Part shown: in pieces, positions 51,151 to 61,767 of the stretch
How positions within the stretch are numbered: position 1 is the stretch's first letter
Layout: each line of letters starts with the position of its first letter
Source of the DNA: an uncultured Nitrospinota bacterium
GTDB taxonomy: Bacteria > Tectomicrobia > Entotheonellia > J063 > CAVPRW01
NCBI GenBank assembly: GCA_963707985.1
Contig: CAVPRW010000005.1
Span: 96,001-160,000, forward strand
Direction: 5' to 3'
DNA: 64,000 nucleotides
The notes under the pieces: generated by a model
Seen by the model: the letters and a program-made list of their open reading frames with translations, nothing else
Databases searched by the model: none
Told to the model about the DNA's origin: nothing
Program-made: the position numbers and the translations under genes

Positions 51151-52203
51151 CTATCCCTTGCTCATCATACGCGTGAGGACGTTCGCCGTATACTCCACAA
51201 TCGACATCATGCGAGGATATTCCATGCGCTTTGGGCCGATAATCCCCACCAGGCCAACAGGTTGGTCGCCCTCCTTGTAGATATGGGTGACCAAACTGCA
51301 CTCCATCACGTCTTCGATCGCACTTTCGGAGCCGATGACGACGTTAACGCCGTCGGTCTCCAGACAACGATCGAGAATGCACAGTAACTTCTCTTTCTCT
51401 TCCAGAGTCCGCAACACTGCCCGCATGCGTTCCTGGTGTTGCGCAAACTCCGGTTGATCTATGATATGTGCTGTACCACCGACCCGCACTTCCCCAGGGT
51501 TGGCAAGCGGCGATTCTTCCGAGAAGGCTTTCTGACTCAGATCCATGGCCCGGCGTACCAGCAAATCATACTGAGCTCGCTCCTGGGCCATGAGTTGTGT
51601 CACCCGTCGACGAATCTCCGGGAGCGTTAGACCGGCGAATTCGCTGGCGACATAGCGGTTGATGATGTCCAACTGATCCTGGGTGAGATCCTCTTCGAGC
51701 TCGATAACCCGATTACTGATGAACCCCGACCGGGCCACAATGATTGCCAGCACCTGCTGCGAGCGCAACCGAATGAATTGCAGATGCGCTACGACCACGG
51801 CCGCCAGGCGTGGGAGCAGGACTAGCGCTGCCTGTTGCGTGAGGGAGGCAAGAATCTGCGAGGTCATCTCCATGAGATCCCCGACGTCGCGCGCTGGCGC
51901 AGCGTAATAGCTTTCGTCGATTCTCGCTACCTGTTCTTTGGGAAGGTTGGGAACTTGCCATAAGCTGTCAACGTAGAAACGATAGCCTTTATCGGTGGGG
52001 ATGCGACCTGCCGAAATGTGCGGTTGCACCAGGTATCCCAACTCCTCCAAGCGCCCCATGACGTGGCGAATCGTTGCTGGACTGAGGGCCATGCGGTAGC
52101 CACGTGAGATCGTCCGTGAGGCTACGGGCTCCACGGTGGTGATATACACGTGCACGATTGCCTTTAATATGCGCTGTTCGCGTGAAGTCAGCATGGCTTC
52201 CAT
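51151..52203 (-). CDS. hrcA: Heat-inducible transcription repressor
   Basis: EPVASRT, SPATIR, QPHISAGRIPTDKGYRFYVD, IIGPKRMEY. Confidence 0.95.
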   Translation of the reverse strand: MEAMLTSREQRILKAIVHVYITTVEPVASRTISRGYRMALSPATIRHVMGRLEELGYLVQPHISAGRIPTDKGYRFYVDSLWQVPNLPKEQVARIDESYYAAPARDVGDLMEMTSQILASLTQQAALVLLPRLAAVVVAHLQFIRLRSQQVLAIIVARSGFISNRVIELEEDLTQDQLDIINRYVASEFAGLTLPEIRRRVTQLMAQERAQYDLLVRRAMDLSQKAFSEESPLANPGEVRVGGTAHIIDQPEFAQHQERMRAVLRTLEEKEKLLCILDRCLETDGVNVVIGSESAIEDVMECSLVTHIYKEGDQPVGLVGIIGPKRMEYPRMMSIVEYTANVLTRMMSKG

Positions 52204-52537
52204 GCGCGCTTCCGGTCTCCCCCGAACTGAATGTGTACCGCTCGGCACCCATCGGATCTCTGGTACAGCTTATTGTAGCATTGACGGCCCAGCGCTTCAA
52301 TCGCTCTTCACGGGCGAAACCTAGGGCAGCTCCTGCTTCCTAGGGAAGCCCGCTGTACGTTGATAGTAATGGTGGTGGCGCAGAAAGTCAATCCGGTGAC
52401 GTGGAGCCAAGTCAAGGCGTTACGTCCAGGCGTATACACCGTCGGTTGGGTACTGAAATCAGTAGAAAAAAGGTGGTGCCTATGCTAGCATGCAGCCAAT
52501 CTTTCAACGATGTAGGCAGGGCATGGATAGGCGTGAC

Positions 52538-53542
52538 ATGGGGTTTGAAGACATAGCCATCTCTGACCGAGTGAGGCGGATGCTATTGCGGACTATCCAG
52601 CACCACTGTCTGCCGCCGGCTTACCTGTTCGTCGGCCCCGCAGGGGTGGGCAAACGGACCACGGCTATGGCCCTCGCGAAGGCGCTTAATTGCCCAGTCC
52701 AAAACGGTGATGCGTGCGAGCGATGTGCGGTCTGCCGGCGCATCGAGCGCCATCTATACCCTGATATTCACCTGGTCGAACCCCAAGGGCAAGTCATAAA
52801 GATCGATCAAGTCCGACAGTTACGCGAGGTCTTGGCGCTACAAGCATATGAGGGGCGCGTGAAAGTGGCTATCCTCGACGATGTTGGTAAGTTGACGGTC
52901 GAGGCCGGGAACGCCCTGCTAAAAGTGCTCGAGGAGCCACCGGTTGAAACGTTGTTCGTGCTCATCTGCCAGCATCTGGGGAATCTCCCGGCGACCGTGA
53001 CTTCCCGGGCACAGGTCGTGCGTTTCGGCCTGCTGGCGCATGAACAGGTCGTGGCATTGCTGCGGCAGCGCGGGTGCGAACCGGCAGCAGCCGAGCGTAC
53101 CACCTGCCTCAGTGGTGATCGACCAGGAGTCGCCCTGGCACTCGATCTCCCCGCCACGCTAGCACGTCGTGCAGACGCCCTCCAGCTGTGGACTCAGGGG
53201 CGGACGGGCGATGCCTCCGTGCTGTTAACCAGTGCTGAGCAGTGGGCAAGACGCAAGACTGATCTGGACCTGCTCTTCGAGATGTTTCTGTCACTCATCC
53301 GTGATGTGGCGGTGTCCCGTGCAGGCGGGAGGGAGACCCTGCTCATGCACACAGATATCCGCGAGGCCCTATCACCCCTGGCGGCCGGGGTTCCATCCGC
53401 CACACTGTGGGAAGTGTTCGAGATCGTACACTCGACTCGGGAAGCCATCGCGCACAATGCCAATCCACAGCTTGCCTTTGAGGTGATGCTCTTCAAAATC
53501 GGAGACGCGTATGAGCGAGCTCGCCAACGTGATCGCCAGTGA
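52538..53542 (+). CDS. holB: DNA polymerase III delta' subunit
   Basis: AYLFVGPAGVGK, Zn motif, NALLKVLEEPP. Confidence 0.9.
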   Translation: MGFEDIAISDRVRRMLLRTIQHHCLPPAYLFVGPAGVGKRTTAMALAKALNCPVQNGDACERCAVCRRIERHLYPDIHLVEPQGQVIKIDQVRQLREVLALQAYEGRVKVAILDDVGKLTVEAGNALLKVLEEPPVETLFVLICQHLGNLPATVTSRAQVVRFGLLAHEQVVALLRQRGCEPAAAERTTCLSGDRPGVALALDLPATLARRADALQLWTQGRTGDASVLLTSAEQWARRKTDLDLLFEMFLSLIRDVAVSRAGGRETLLMHTDIREALSPLAAGVPSATLWEVFEIVHSTREAIAHNANPQLAFEVMLFKIGDAYERARQRDRQ

Positions 53543-54260
53543 CAGTGATCCTTTCTCGCCTGACTCCCAGCTGTACGTCGTCGGCGTGCAGTTATCGAAG
53601 CGACTGGCGAGCAAGTCATCGAGCTATAGTGTTGAGGGGAAATGGCTGCGATTGGGGGACACGTGCGTGGTCGAGCATGGCGATGACTATGCACTTGGGA
53701 AAGTTTGGTTACCGCCGCGGCTGCCTGCACGTGCTCGCAGCCTTCCTAAGCCACGGGTCATTCGTAAAGCCTCCATTGAGGACCTCGACCTAGAGAAACG
53801 CCGCGAAACCTTGGAACAAGAAGCACAGGCCCATGCGGCGAGCGCCATTCGTAACCACGCCCTCCCCATGAAGCTAAGCAAAGTCGAGTACAGCTTCGAT
53901 GGGCGTAAAGCAACGTTTTTCTTTACGGCGGAGGGACGGATCGATTTTCGGGAGCTGGTGCGGGATCTGGCGCATCGCCTTCGCATTCGCGTTGAGATGC
54001 GCCAGGTCGGTGTCAGGGACGAGGCAAGCCTCCTGGGGGGCGTGGGTGTTTGCGGTCGAGAGCTGTGCTGTAGCACGTGGCTCAAAGACCTCAAGCCGGT
54101 GTCGATCAAAGCCGCCAAACAACAGGGGCTCATGCTGAACCCCTCGAAGCTCTCGGGCTTGTGTGGCCGCCTCCGTTGCTGTCTCAACTACGAGCTGTCC
54201 GGGTATGGGGGGGGTAGTGGTGGCTGTGGCACCTGTCATTGTGGCAAGGGCGCCAAGTAG
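53511..54260 (+). CDS. ricT: PSP1-domain protein (RicT/YaaT)
   Basis: FTAEGRIDFRELV, RQVGVRDE, CGRELCC, SGLCGRLRCCLNYE. Confidence 0.9.
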   Translation: MSELANVIASDSDPFSPDSQLYVVGVQLSKRLASKSSSYSVEGKWLRLGDTCVVEHGDDYALGKVWLPPRLPARARSLPKPRVIRKASIEDLDLEKRRETLEQEAQAHAASAIRNHALPMKLSKVEYSFDGRKATFFFTAEGRIDFRELVRDLAHRLRIRVEMRQVGVRDEASLLGGVGVCGRELCCSTWLKDLKPVSIKAAKQQGLMLNPSKLSGLCGRLRCCLNYELSGYGGGSGGCGTCHCGKGAK

Positions 54261-54278
54261 GCGTCTTGGAGAGGAGCT

Positions 54279-56234
54279 ATGGCGCAGGAGAAGTTTTACC
54301 TTACGACCCCGATATATTACGTCAACGATGTCCCACACATCGGTCATGCCTATACCACCATCGCTGCGGATGTCCTGGCGCGGTATAAACGTCTGGCAGG
54401 CTATGAGGTGTTTTTTCTCACCGGCACTGATGAGCACGGCATCAAGATCGAACGCTCAGCCCGCGACCGTGGCATTTCGCCGCAGGAATGGACCGATACG
54501 ATCTCGGATCACTTTCGGCACCTGTGGGCACGGCTGAATATTTCCTACGACGATTTCATCCGTACCAGCCAACCGCGCCATAAGGCAGTGGCTCAGGCAG
54601 TGTTCCAGAAGGCCTATGAGAAAGGCGACATTTATAAGGGCGTGTATGAGGGATGGTACTGTATCCCCGATGAGACCTTCTTGCTGGAATCCGAGGTCAA
54701 GGACGGCAAGTGCCCAATTTGTGGGCGACTGGTTGAATGGATCACCGAAGACGCCTATTTCTTCCGATTGTCACACTATCAGGATTGGATTCTCAATCAT
54801 ATCGAAAGCCATCCGACCTTCATTCAACCGGTATCACGCCGCAATGAGGTGCTGAGTTTTGTACGCGGTGGTCTGCGCGACCTCTGCGTCAGTCGCAGCA
54901 CTTTCACCTGGGGGATCCCGGTGCCGTTCGATCCTAGTCAGGTGATCTATGTCTGGATCGATGCCCTCACCAACTACCTCACTGCCATCGGCTATGGAGT
55001 TGATGCGGAAACCTTTCAGAGGTTTTGGCCGGCGAATATTCACCTTATTGGCAAGGAGATCCTGCGTTTCCATGCAGTCATCTGGCCCATTCTGCTGCGC
55101 TCTGTAGATCTGCCGCCCCCGGAGCAGGTCTTCGCCCATGGCTGGTGGACAGCTGATGGCGAGAAGATGTCGAAATCAACGGGAAACGTCATTGATCCCG
55201 GCAAACTGGTGGAAGAACTAGCCCAGCACGCTGGTGCATCGCTGGATACTGCAGTGGATGCCATCCGTTATTTCGTGCTGCGGGAGGTCGCTTTTGGGCT
55301 CGACGGCGATTTCTCGCATGTGGCGTTGAGGCAGCGCTTTAACTCCGACCTCGCCAACGACTTGGGCAACTTGCTGAGCCGCACGCTGACCATGCTGCAG
55401 CGCTACTGCCAGGGGACTGTCCCGCAACCTACAGCCTCGGAGTCCGCGCCCAATGTGCTGGCGGAAGCCGCTGCCAAACTATTGCCGGACCTTGACCCCT
55501 TGCTCAATGAGTTAGCGTTTCATCGGGCGCTTGCGCGCCTGTGGGAGTATGTTCGGCTGGTGAATCGGTATATCGACGAGCAGGCGCCATGGGCGCTCGC
55601 ACGGGATCCCGCTCAGCGTCGTGAGCTCGATACCGTCCTGTACAACCAGGTCGAGAGTCTGCGGATCATCGGCCTGTTGCTGTTTCCCTTTATGCCCCAT
55701 ACGGCTGCGTCGATGTGGCGCCAGTTAGGGATTCAGGATGAGATCGCAACGCAGCGCCTGGCGACGGGGATGGTGTGGCGAGGTACACGCCCTGGAACAC
55801 TGATCCAGCCCGGCGAGCAACTGTTTCCACGCATCGATGCTGGTCGTCCGCTCGTCGTGGCTGCACCAACCGCCGAGGTTGCTGTCGAGTCACCGATGGA
55901 GGCTACGCCCGTGCAGGTGAGCTATGAAGACTTTCAAAAGCTGGACTTGCGGGTGGGACGTATTGTGACTGCTGAGCCTGTACCCAAAGCCAATAAATTG
56001 CTCAAGTTGACTGTAGACGTGGGGCAGGAGCAACGCACTGTGGTGGCCGGGATCGCGGCGAGTTATCATCCCGAGGCGCTGGTTGGGAAAAGCATCATCC
56101 TGGTGGCGAATCTGGCCCCCAAAACTCTCCGCGGTGTAGAGTCGCAGGGGATGGTGCTAGCCGCTGAGTCGGATGGTCAGATCGTCCTGGCCAGCTTCGA
56201 TAGCCCGGTCAATCCGGGATCACAGGTGAAATGA
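54279..56234 (+). CDS. metG: Methionine--tRNA ligase
   Basis: TTPIYYVNDVPHIGHAY, KMSKS, C-terminal tRNA-binding domain. Confidence 0.97.
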   Translation: MAQEKFYLTTPIYYVNDVPHIGHAYTTIAADVLARYKRLAGYEVFFLTGTDEHGIKIERSARDRGISPQEWTDTISDHFRHLWARLNISYDDFIRTSQPRHKAVAQAVFQKAYEKGDIYKGVYEGWYCIPDETFLLESEVKDGKCPICGRLVEWITEDAYFFRLSHYQDWILNHIESHPTFIQPVSRRNEVLSFVRGGLRDLCVSRSTFTWGIPVPFDPSQVIYVWIDALTNYLTAIGYGVDAETFQRFWPANIHLIGKEILRFHAVIWPILLRSVDLPPPEQVFAHGWWTADGEKMSKSTGNVIDPGKLVEELAQHAGASLDTAVDAIRYFVLREVAFGLDGDFSHVALRQRFNSDLANDLGNLLSRTLTMLQRYCQGTVPQPTASESAPNVLAEAAAKLLPDLDPLLNELAFHRALARLWEYVRLVNRYIDEQAPWALARDPAQRRELDTVLYNQVESLRIIGLLLFPFMPHTAASMWRQLGIQDEIATQRLATGMVWRGTRPGTLIQPGEQLFPRIDAGRPLVVAAPTAEVAVESPMEATPVQVSYEDFQKLDLRVGRIVTAEPVPKANKLLKLTVDVGQEQRTVVAGIAASYHPEALVGKSIILVANLAPKTLRGVESQGMVLAAESDGQIVLASFDSPVNPGSQVK

Positions 56235-57028
56235 TCATGCTCATCGATTCTCATGCGCACCTCGACATGCCACATTTCGACGCCGATCGCGACGCTGTCA
56301 TCGCCCGGGCACGGGATGCGGGCGTCGCAGCTATCTTGACTCTTGGTGTGGATAGACCTAGCAGCCAGCGCGCGGTAACACTGGCCCAGCAGTACGGGGG
56401 GGTGTTTGCCGCGGTGGGCATCCACCCGCACGAGGCCAAGCATGCCACGCCAGAGGACTACAAAGTGTTGATGGGACTCGCCCGTGAGCGCGAGCTGAAC
56501 CGCATCATCGCCTGGGGGGAAATCGGTCTGGATTATCACTATGACCACTCTCCCCGAGATGTACAACAACGCGAGTTTCGCCGTCAGATCCGCATAGCGC
56601 GAGAGCTCGACCTGCCCGTGTGTATCCATAGTCGAGAGGCGCACGACGATGTTCTGACGATCCTCGATGAGGAACATGCGATCGATGCTGGTGTAGTCAT
56701 GCATTGTTTCTCTGGGGATGAGCTGGTGGCCCGGCGCTGCCTCGATCTGGGCTTTTATATCTCCTTTGCCGGCCCCGTGACGTTCACCAATGCCCGTGAT
56801 CTGCCGACCATCGTCCCGCTTATACCCGATGAGCGTTTGCTCATCGAAACTGACGCCCCGTATCTCTCCCCTCATCCCTGGCGTGGCCGAGAGCATCGCA
56901 ATGAGCCGGCCCGAGTGGCTATCATCGCCGCACGCCTCGCGGAGCTCAAAGGTATTGGCGTCGAGGCCGTGGGGCAACGCGTGACCGAGAACTTCAAGAC
57001 GGTCTTTAAAGTCCCAGCCGTTGGGTGA
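56231..57028 (+). CDS. tatD: TatD family DNase
   Basis: DSHAHL, GIHPH, GEIGLDY, HCFSG, ETDAPYL. Confidence 0.93.
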   Translation: MIMLIDSHAHLDMPHFDADRDAVIARARDAGVAAILTLGVDRPSSQRAVTLAQQYGGVFAAVGIHPHEAKHATPEDYKVLMGLARERELNRIIAWGEIGLDYHYDHSPRDVQQREFRRQIRIARELDLPVCIHSREAHDDVLTILDEEHAIDAGVVMHCFSGDELVARRCLDLGFYISFAGPVTFTNARDLPTIVPLIPDERLLIETDAPYLSPHPWRGREHRNEPARVAIIAARLAELKGIGVEAVGQRVTENFKTVFKVPAVG

Positions 57029-57040
57029 CGGGTTAGCGGG

Positions 57041-57844
57041 TTAAAAGCCGTAGGCGGGGTTCTTGGAATCGAAATCGACGTCGGTGAGTCCAGGGTTTAA
57101 GCGCACGTCAAGGTAGCCGTAGCGCTCGATCAACTGCCCATGCCAGTCGAAGATTTCGGCATACACTGGCAACTGATACTCGTGGTCCACGTCAATGATG
57201 GCGCTCATACAGTAATAGCCCTTGGCGGGGTCGGCGGGGAAATGTAAGATGTAGCGCTGAGACGGACGATCGAAAGCGAGATGCTGACCACGATCTTCGA
57301 TGGTCAACTCATTACGTTGCATGCCCCGAGAGGCATTCTCGGTGATGAGGTCAAGGAGCTTCCCAATACCCACCTCGGTGATGGCATGTCGACTACCCTT
57401 CCTGGCACGGGGGCTTTGTGGATCAAGACTCACAGTGACCGCGCCGACGGGTAGCGGCAGGCGTACCCAAAGCTCATTACCATCGACTCCCGCCGGATAG
57501 AGTGCCTGACGGCCTTCATGGTTTCCTTTCAGCCAGCGCAGGTATACCTTCAGCGGCTTCTTAAATTTCAGCAGAAGCCGCTGGTCCGGGTCAAGCTCCC
57601 GATCGACGCGTTCCTGCAGGATAAAGGTCGCGGTATAGTGGTCAACCCGGTCATACGCCTGTCGCATCTCTTCGATCTTCTGCGCAAACGGCGCTGAGCC
57701 CCCTACCGTGCCTGCCACCGAAGCAGGGCAAACCAAAACCAAGACCAGAACTGGGGTCAGGGTGGCCAGAACGATTAAATGCACACCTCGGAGTCCTGCG
57801 ACTGAGCCTCGGGTCACCACTATGCCCCTCGTCCGTATACCCAT
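57041..57844 (-). CDS. DUF1571-like exported protein
   Basis: FKKPLKVYLRW, SRHAITEVGIG, LNPGLTDVDFD..NPAYGF; start uncertain. Confidence 0.7.
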   Translation of the reverse strand: MGIRTRGIVVTRGSVAGLRGVHLIVLATLTPVLVLVLVCPASVAGTVGGSAPFAQKIEEMRQAYDRVDHYTATFILQERVDRELDPDQRLLLKFKKPLKVYLRWLKGNHEGRQALYPAGVDGNELWVRLPLPVGAVTVSLDPQSPRARKGSRHAITEVGIGKLLDLITENASRGMQRNELTIEDRGQHLAFDRPSQRYILHFPADPAKGYYCMSAIIDVDHEYQLPVYAEIFDWHGQLIERYGYLDVRLNPGLTDVDFDSKNPAYGF

Positions 57845-57935
57845 CCATGCCGTGAGTTCACCGGAACTGCTGCACGGGACGCATAACACACGGGTCGTGG
57901 CTGTTCAGCTCCCCACCGGCGGTAGTCCCAGTCGC

Positions 57936-59330
57936 TCAAACGTGATAGCTGCGCCGTCCTTCGACCGTCTCCTTGTTTAATTTATCATTGAGATGCAGGC
58001 CTTCGAGGATAAATTCCACAGCTGAGGCCACAGCCGTAGCGTTATCGAAGCTGCCAAGGGCGATCACGCCATCCATCAGGTCGCCATGTTCACCCACGAT
58101 GCGACTGTAGTCTTGCGCCAACATCATGTCGGACACCTCGATGGCCGAACCTCCCTTAAAGCGTTCGATGAATTTTCTGAACGTATCAACTTTAAGAGAA
58201 CGATTGAAGACTTTTCGGACCGCCTTCTTAATCAGGTCGTCGACGATTGCCTTTTCCCGTCCTTCCTCGATGCTTTCGAGCTCGATTTTGCCCATGGTCG
58301 AAGCAAATAGATAGGGCAAGTCGCTGACGCGGGGGACGACATCGTTTTCATTTAGGACAATGGCACGTCGCAACGCATTGCTAATCAGGGTTTCATAGTT
58401 GCTGATCGACATACGGACGCTGACGCCGGAGCGCTGGTTGATCTCGGGGCTCCGCCGTGCCGAATCGGTCAGCTCGGCGACGATCTCTTTCATAAAGGTC
58501 GGCACCGTCACCCGATAGGGTGCGTTATCAAACTGCTTGCGTTCCGTCTCCATGATACTGATTTCTTCATCAATGGCGGTCGGATAATGCGTGCGGATCT
58601 CGGCACCATAGCGATCTTTCAATGGTGTGATGATACGGCCACGGTTGGTATAATCTTCAGGGTTGGCACTAGCGACGATATAGACATCAAGCGGTAGGCG
58701 AATTTTGAAACCACGGATCTGCAAGTCGCGCTCTTCCATGATATTGAACAAACCGACCTGAATCTTCTCAGAGAGATCGGGTAATTCATTGATGGCGAAC
58801 ACCCCGCGATTCGTCCGCGGGATGAGGCCATAGTGAATGACCAATTCATCGGAGAGGTAACGCCCCTCAGCCACCTTAATCGGATCGATTTCACCAATGA
58901 GGTCGGCAGTGGTCACGTCAGGGGTGGCGAGCTTCTCTCCATAGCGTTGAGAGCGGGGCAGCCAGGCAATTGGTGTTTGAGCCCCTTGTTCTTCAGCCAT
59001 CTGGCGGCCATGCATACTGATGGGATCGAAGGGATCGTCATTGACCTCAGAGCCCTCAATGACCGGCACTTCTTCATCCAGGAAATTCACGAGGCTGCGG
59101 ATGATGCGTGTTTTCGCCTGCCCCCGTTCGCCCAAAAAGATAATATCCTGTCCGGCGAGGATGGCGTTGACGATTTGCGGGATGACCGTCTGATCGTAGC
59201 CAACAATGCCGGGGAACAGTGTCTCTTTGCGTCCGAGCTTGGCGATGAGATTCTTGCGCATCTCCTCTTTGACCGACAGGACCCGATAGCCTTGCTTTTC
59301 AAGCTCGCCCAGTGTTCTTGCCTTCTCCAT
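57936..59330 (-). CDS. Mg-chelatase-like AAA+ ATPase
   Basis: GERGQAKT, NELPDL, ANPEDYTNRGRIITPLKDR, SGVSVR. Confidence 0.88.
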   Translation of the reverse strand: MEKARTLGELEKQGYRVLSVKEEMRKNLIAKLGRKETLFPGIVGYDQTVIPQIVNAILAGQDIIFLGERGQAKTRIIRSLVNFLDEEVPVIEGSEVNDDPFDPISMHGRQMAEEQGAQTPIAWLPRSQRYGEKLATPDVTTADLIGEIDPIKVAEGRYLSDELVIHYGLIPRTNRGVFAINELPDLSEKIQVGLFNIMEERDLQIRGFKIRLPLDVYIVASANPEDYTNRGRIITPLKDRYGAEIRTHYPTAIDEEISIMETERKQFDNAPYRVTVPTFMKEIVAELTDSARRSPEINQRSGVSVRMSISNYETLISNALRRAIVLNENDVVPRVSDLPYLFASTMGKIELESIEEGREKAIVDDLIKKAVRKVFNRSLKVDTFRKFIERFKGGSAIEVSDMMLAQDYSRIVGEHGDLMDGVIALGSFDNATAVASAVEFILEGLHLNDKLNKETVEGRRSYHV

Positions 59331-59568
59331 GCGTATGCTCCTAGAATGGTATTCTCGAACCTTCCCGACCCTCTTCAGGCATGGCCATGTGGTCCAGCTC
59401 CTGGTCGTGCTCCCGAAGGGCACTTACGTGACAATACTGTATTCTTTATAGGCCCGCTAACGTTGAGTTGCAGCCAGGCAACGGCCCCAACCCTGTGGCA
59501 GGATGACTTCATCCCACCGAGGCACTGTACGAAATCCCTTTGCAGCTCGTCAAGTCTTTTCCCTCAGC

Positions 59569-59778
59569 TCAGTCTCGGACTGCTCGTCGGCGAGATTCTG
59601 CATTGGTGGGGAGGGCAGATTCCTCAGGGTGGCTCGCGACCACGTATCGGCCCGCGAGCCACCCTTCCAGGTCCGCCAATCGACACCGTTCGGAGCAGAA
59701 CGGCCGGTGGGGATTTTCTCTCCAAGTCGTCTCTTGTTTGCATATGGGACAGCGCACAGTCCGTCCCTCTTGGCTCAT
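59569..59778 (-). CDS. yacG: DNA gyrase inhibitor YacG
   Basis: CPIC...RPFCSERCRLADLEGW. Confidence 0.9.
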   Translation of the reverse strand: MSQEGRTVRCPICKQETTWRENPHRPFCSERCRLADLEGWLAGRYVVASHPEESALPTNAESRRRAVRD

Positions 59779-60389
59779 GAAGACACTCCCACGGCGGTCG
59801 TGCGCACCTGCTGGCGGGTTTCCTCGTTGGCTTGAATCAATTCATCCATGATAGCTTTCGCCTGGCGTTGGACATTGTGCTTGAGCAGATTGAGGACCAT
59901 GCGACCGGCCACGGTGTTGACCCCAGGGATATCGGGCAGGATGACCGCCTCGGGTTGTTCTTGCAGGCGCTTAAGCTCTGCAGTCACCATGGCATCATTG
60001 TACAGCGTGTGCTCGGGCAAGCAGTATCGCAACTTGACGTAATCCCTCTCCTTAGTTTCTTCCTCGCTGATTTCGCGGATGATATTTTCCATATCAATGG
60101 ATAAGGGTACCTTGCCCGAGCGCTGCATCAAGGCTCTCACCGCTTCGAAATATTTCATCATATCGGCCTTGCCTGGCAGTTCATCTTGAGGGATCTTGGA
60201 GCTGACTTCGAACTCGACTCCGTCCTGGGTGATTTTGGCGGGGCCAATTTCATAGGTGATGCCTTCGACGTTGAAGCGGTCCCCCTTCTTGGGCTCGTAG
60301 TGGTTCCGATAGTCGGCGATAAGCTCGGTCAGACCGAGAGAGGCAAACTGTAGGAAAAACTGTTGCTTGAAATTAGTCATGGCCGTCAC
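59775..60389 (-). CDS. Hypothetical protein
   Basis: 204-aa ORF with GAGGA RBS; stop overlaps yacG start. Confidence 0.75.
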   Translation of the reverse strand: MTAMTNFKQQFFLQFASLGLTELIADYRNHYEPKKGDRFNVEGITYEIGPAKITQDGVEFEVSSKIPQDELPGKADMMKYFEAVRALMQRSGKVPLSIDMENIIREISEEETKERDYVKLRYCLPEHTLYNDAMVTAELKRLQEQPEAVILPDIPGVNTVAGRMVLNLLKHNVQRQAKAIMDELIQANEETRQQVRTTAVGVSS

Positions 60390-60413
60390 ATCCTCCCTCT
60401 ACCATCTCCATTG

Positions 60414-61388
60414 CTAGGACAGCACCTCCGGATTGACGAGATTCGGTGGTCGACGCCCTTGGAGGGCCTCGACCAGATTGGTGGCCGCCATGACGGCCAT
60501 TTTCATCCGTGTCTCAACTGACGCACTGGCAATATGTGGCGCCAGGGTCACATTGTCGAGTTCGGCCAAACCAGAGGCCATAGATGGCTCATACTCGTAG
60601 ACATCCAGACCAGCCCCTGCGATCCGACGCTTCTGCAATGCTTGCACGAGAGCTGTCTCATCGACAACTGGGCCGCGCGAGGCATTGACCAAATGGGCAG
60701 TCTTCTTCATCATCATCAACTCTTTGGTGGAGACGTAGTGATGAGTCTGGGGCAACAAGGGGATGTGCAGGGTAACGAAGTCGGCTTCGCGGAACAACGT
60801 CTCTTTGTCCACAAACTGTGCCCCTAATTCGCGTTCGACCTCGGCGGGGGCTTGCACGGCATCGGTATATAGGAGGCGCATCTCAAACCCTCTCGCCCGC
60901 TTGGCTACGCCGCGTCCAATTCGTCCGAGGCCACAGATGCCGAGCGTCTTCCCGAAGATGTCCTCACCACATAGCATCATGATCCCCCAGCCGGTATACT
61001 TCCCAGCCCGTGCATATCGATCTGCCTCGACAAGCCGGCGGGCCGAAGCCAATAGCAAACACCATGTGAAATCGGCTGTCGTGTCATCGAGGACGCCTGG
61101 AGTATTGGTCACGATGATCCTCCGGCGAGTCGCGGCTTGGACATCGATATTATCATATCCAACAGCGACATTGGCGACGACTTTGAGTTGTGGGCTGGCG
61201 CCGAGGATGGCGTCATTGATGTCGTCGGTCAGCAGGCACAGCATGCCTTCTTTGTCTGTAATTTTATCGATTAAATCTTCTTGTGATAAATTTATATCGT
61301 CCGTGTTCACTTCGGCATCACACGCGGCCAGCACGATGTCTAGCCCCTCTTGAGGGATCATACGCGAGACGAACACCCTGGGTTTCAT
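60414..61388 (-). CDS. D-glycerate dehydrogenase / glyoxylate reductase
   Basis: AVGYDNID, TNTPGVL, GLGRIG, NASRGPVVDE, PHIASA. Confidence 0.93.
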   Translation of the reverse strand: MKPRVFVSRMIPQEGLDIVLAACDAEVNTDDINLSQEDLIDKITDKEGMLCLLTDDINDAILGASPQLKVVANVAVGYDNIDVQAATRRRIIVTNTPGVLDDTTADFTWCLLLASARRLVEADRYARAGKYTGWGIMMLCGEDIFGKTLGICGLGRIGRGVAKRARGFEMRLLYTDAVQAPAEVERELGAQFVDKETLFREADFVTLHIPLLPQTHHYVSTKELMMMKKTAHLVNASRGPVVDETALVQALQKRRIAGAGLDVYEYEPSMASGLAELDNVTLAPHIASASVETRMKMAVMAATNLVEALQGRRPPNLVNPEVLS

Positions 61389-61767
61389 GATGGTTTCTCC
61401 CTCTTACCTGTTCGTCACTACCTGGAAAATCGCTCTGCTTGGATGGATTTGTCCTGACCGCCAGGGTACCATCAAGTGGGACATCGCTCACCCAAGTCCG
61501 GTTCGCACCAGGCGGCTAACAGGTACGATCCATGCTGAAGGGATGCCCATAGTGATTGAAATATCTCGCGCACTGTGTGAGAATTTGATAGATGTCGCCA
61601 ACATGCAGACACGCGTGCAAACCAGTATTATAAAATTGCCTGGCGGAGGCCACAAGCGAAAAGTGGATACGTTGCGGTGCCCTAGTCATGATCTCCCTGC
61701 GGCCTTAGGAACGAGACGACGAAGGACCGCCAACATGAGGAAAGCCTGAGTAGATGCTGAGATCGCC

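Noticed and set aside
52538..57028. holB-ricT-metG-tatD as a novel system
   Set aside because: Widely conserved housekeeping gene order.
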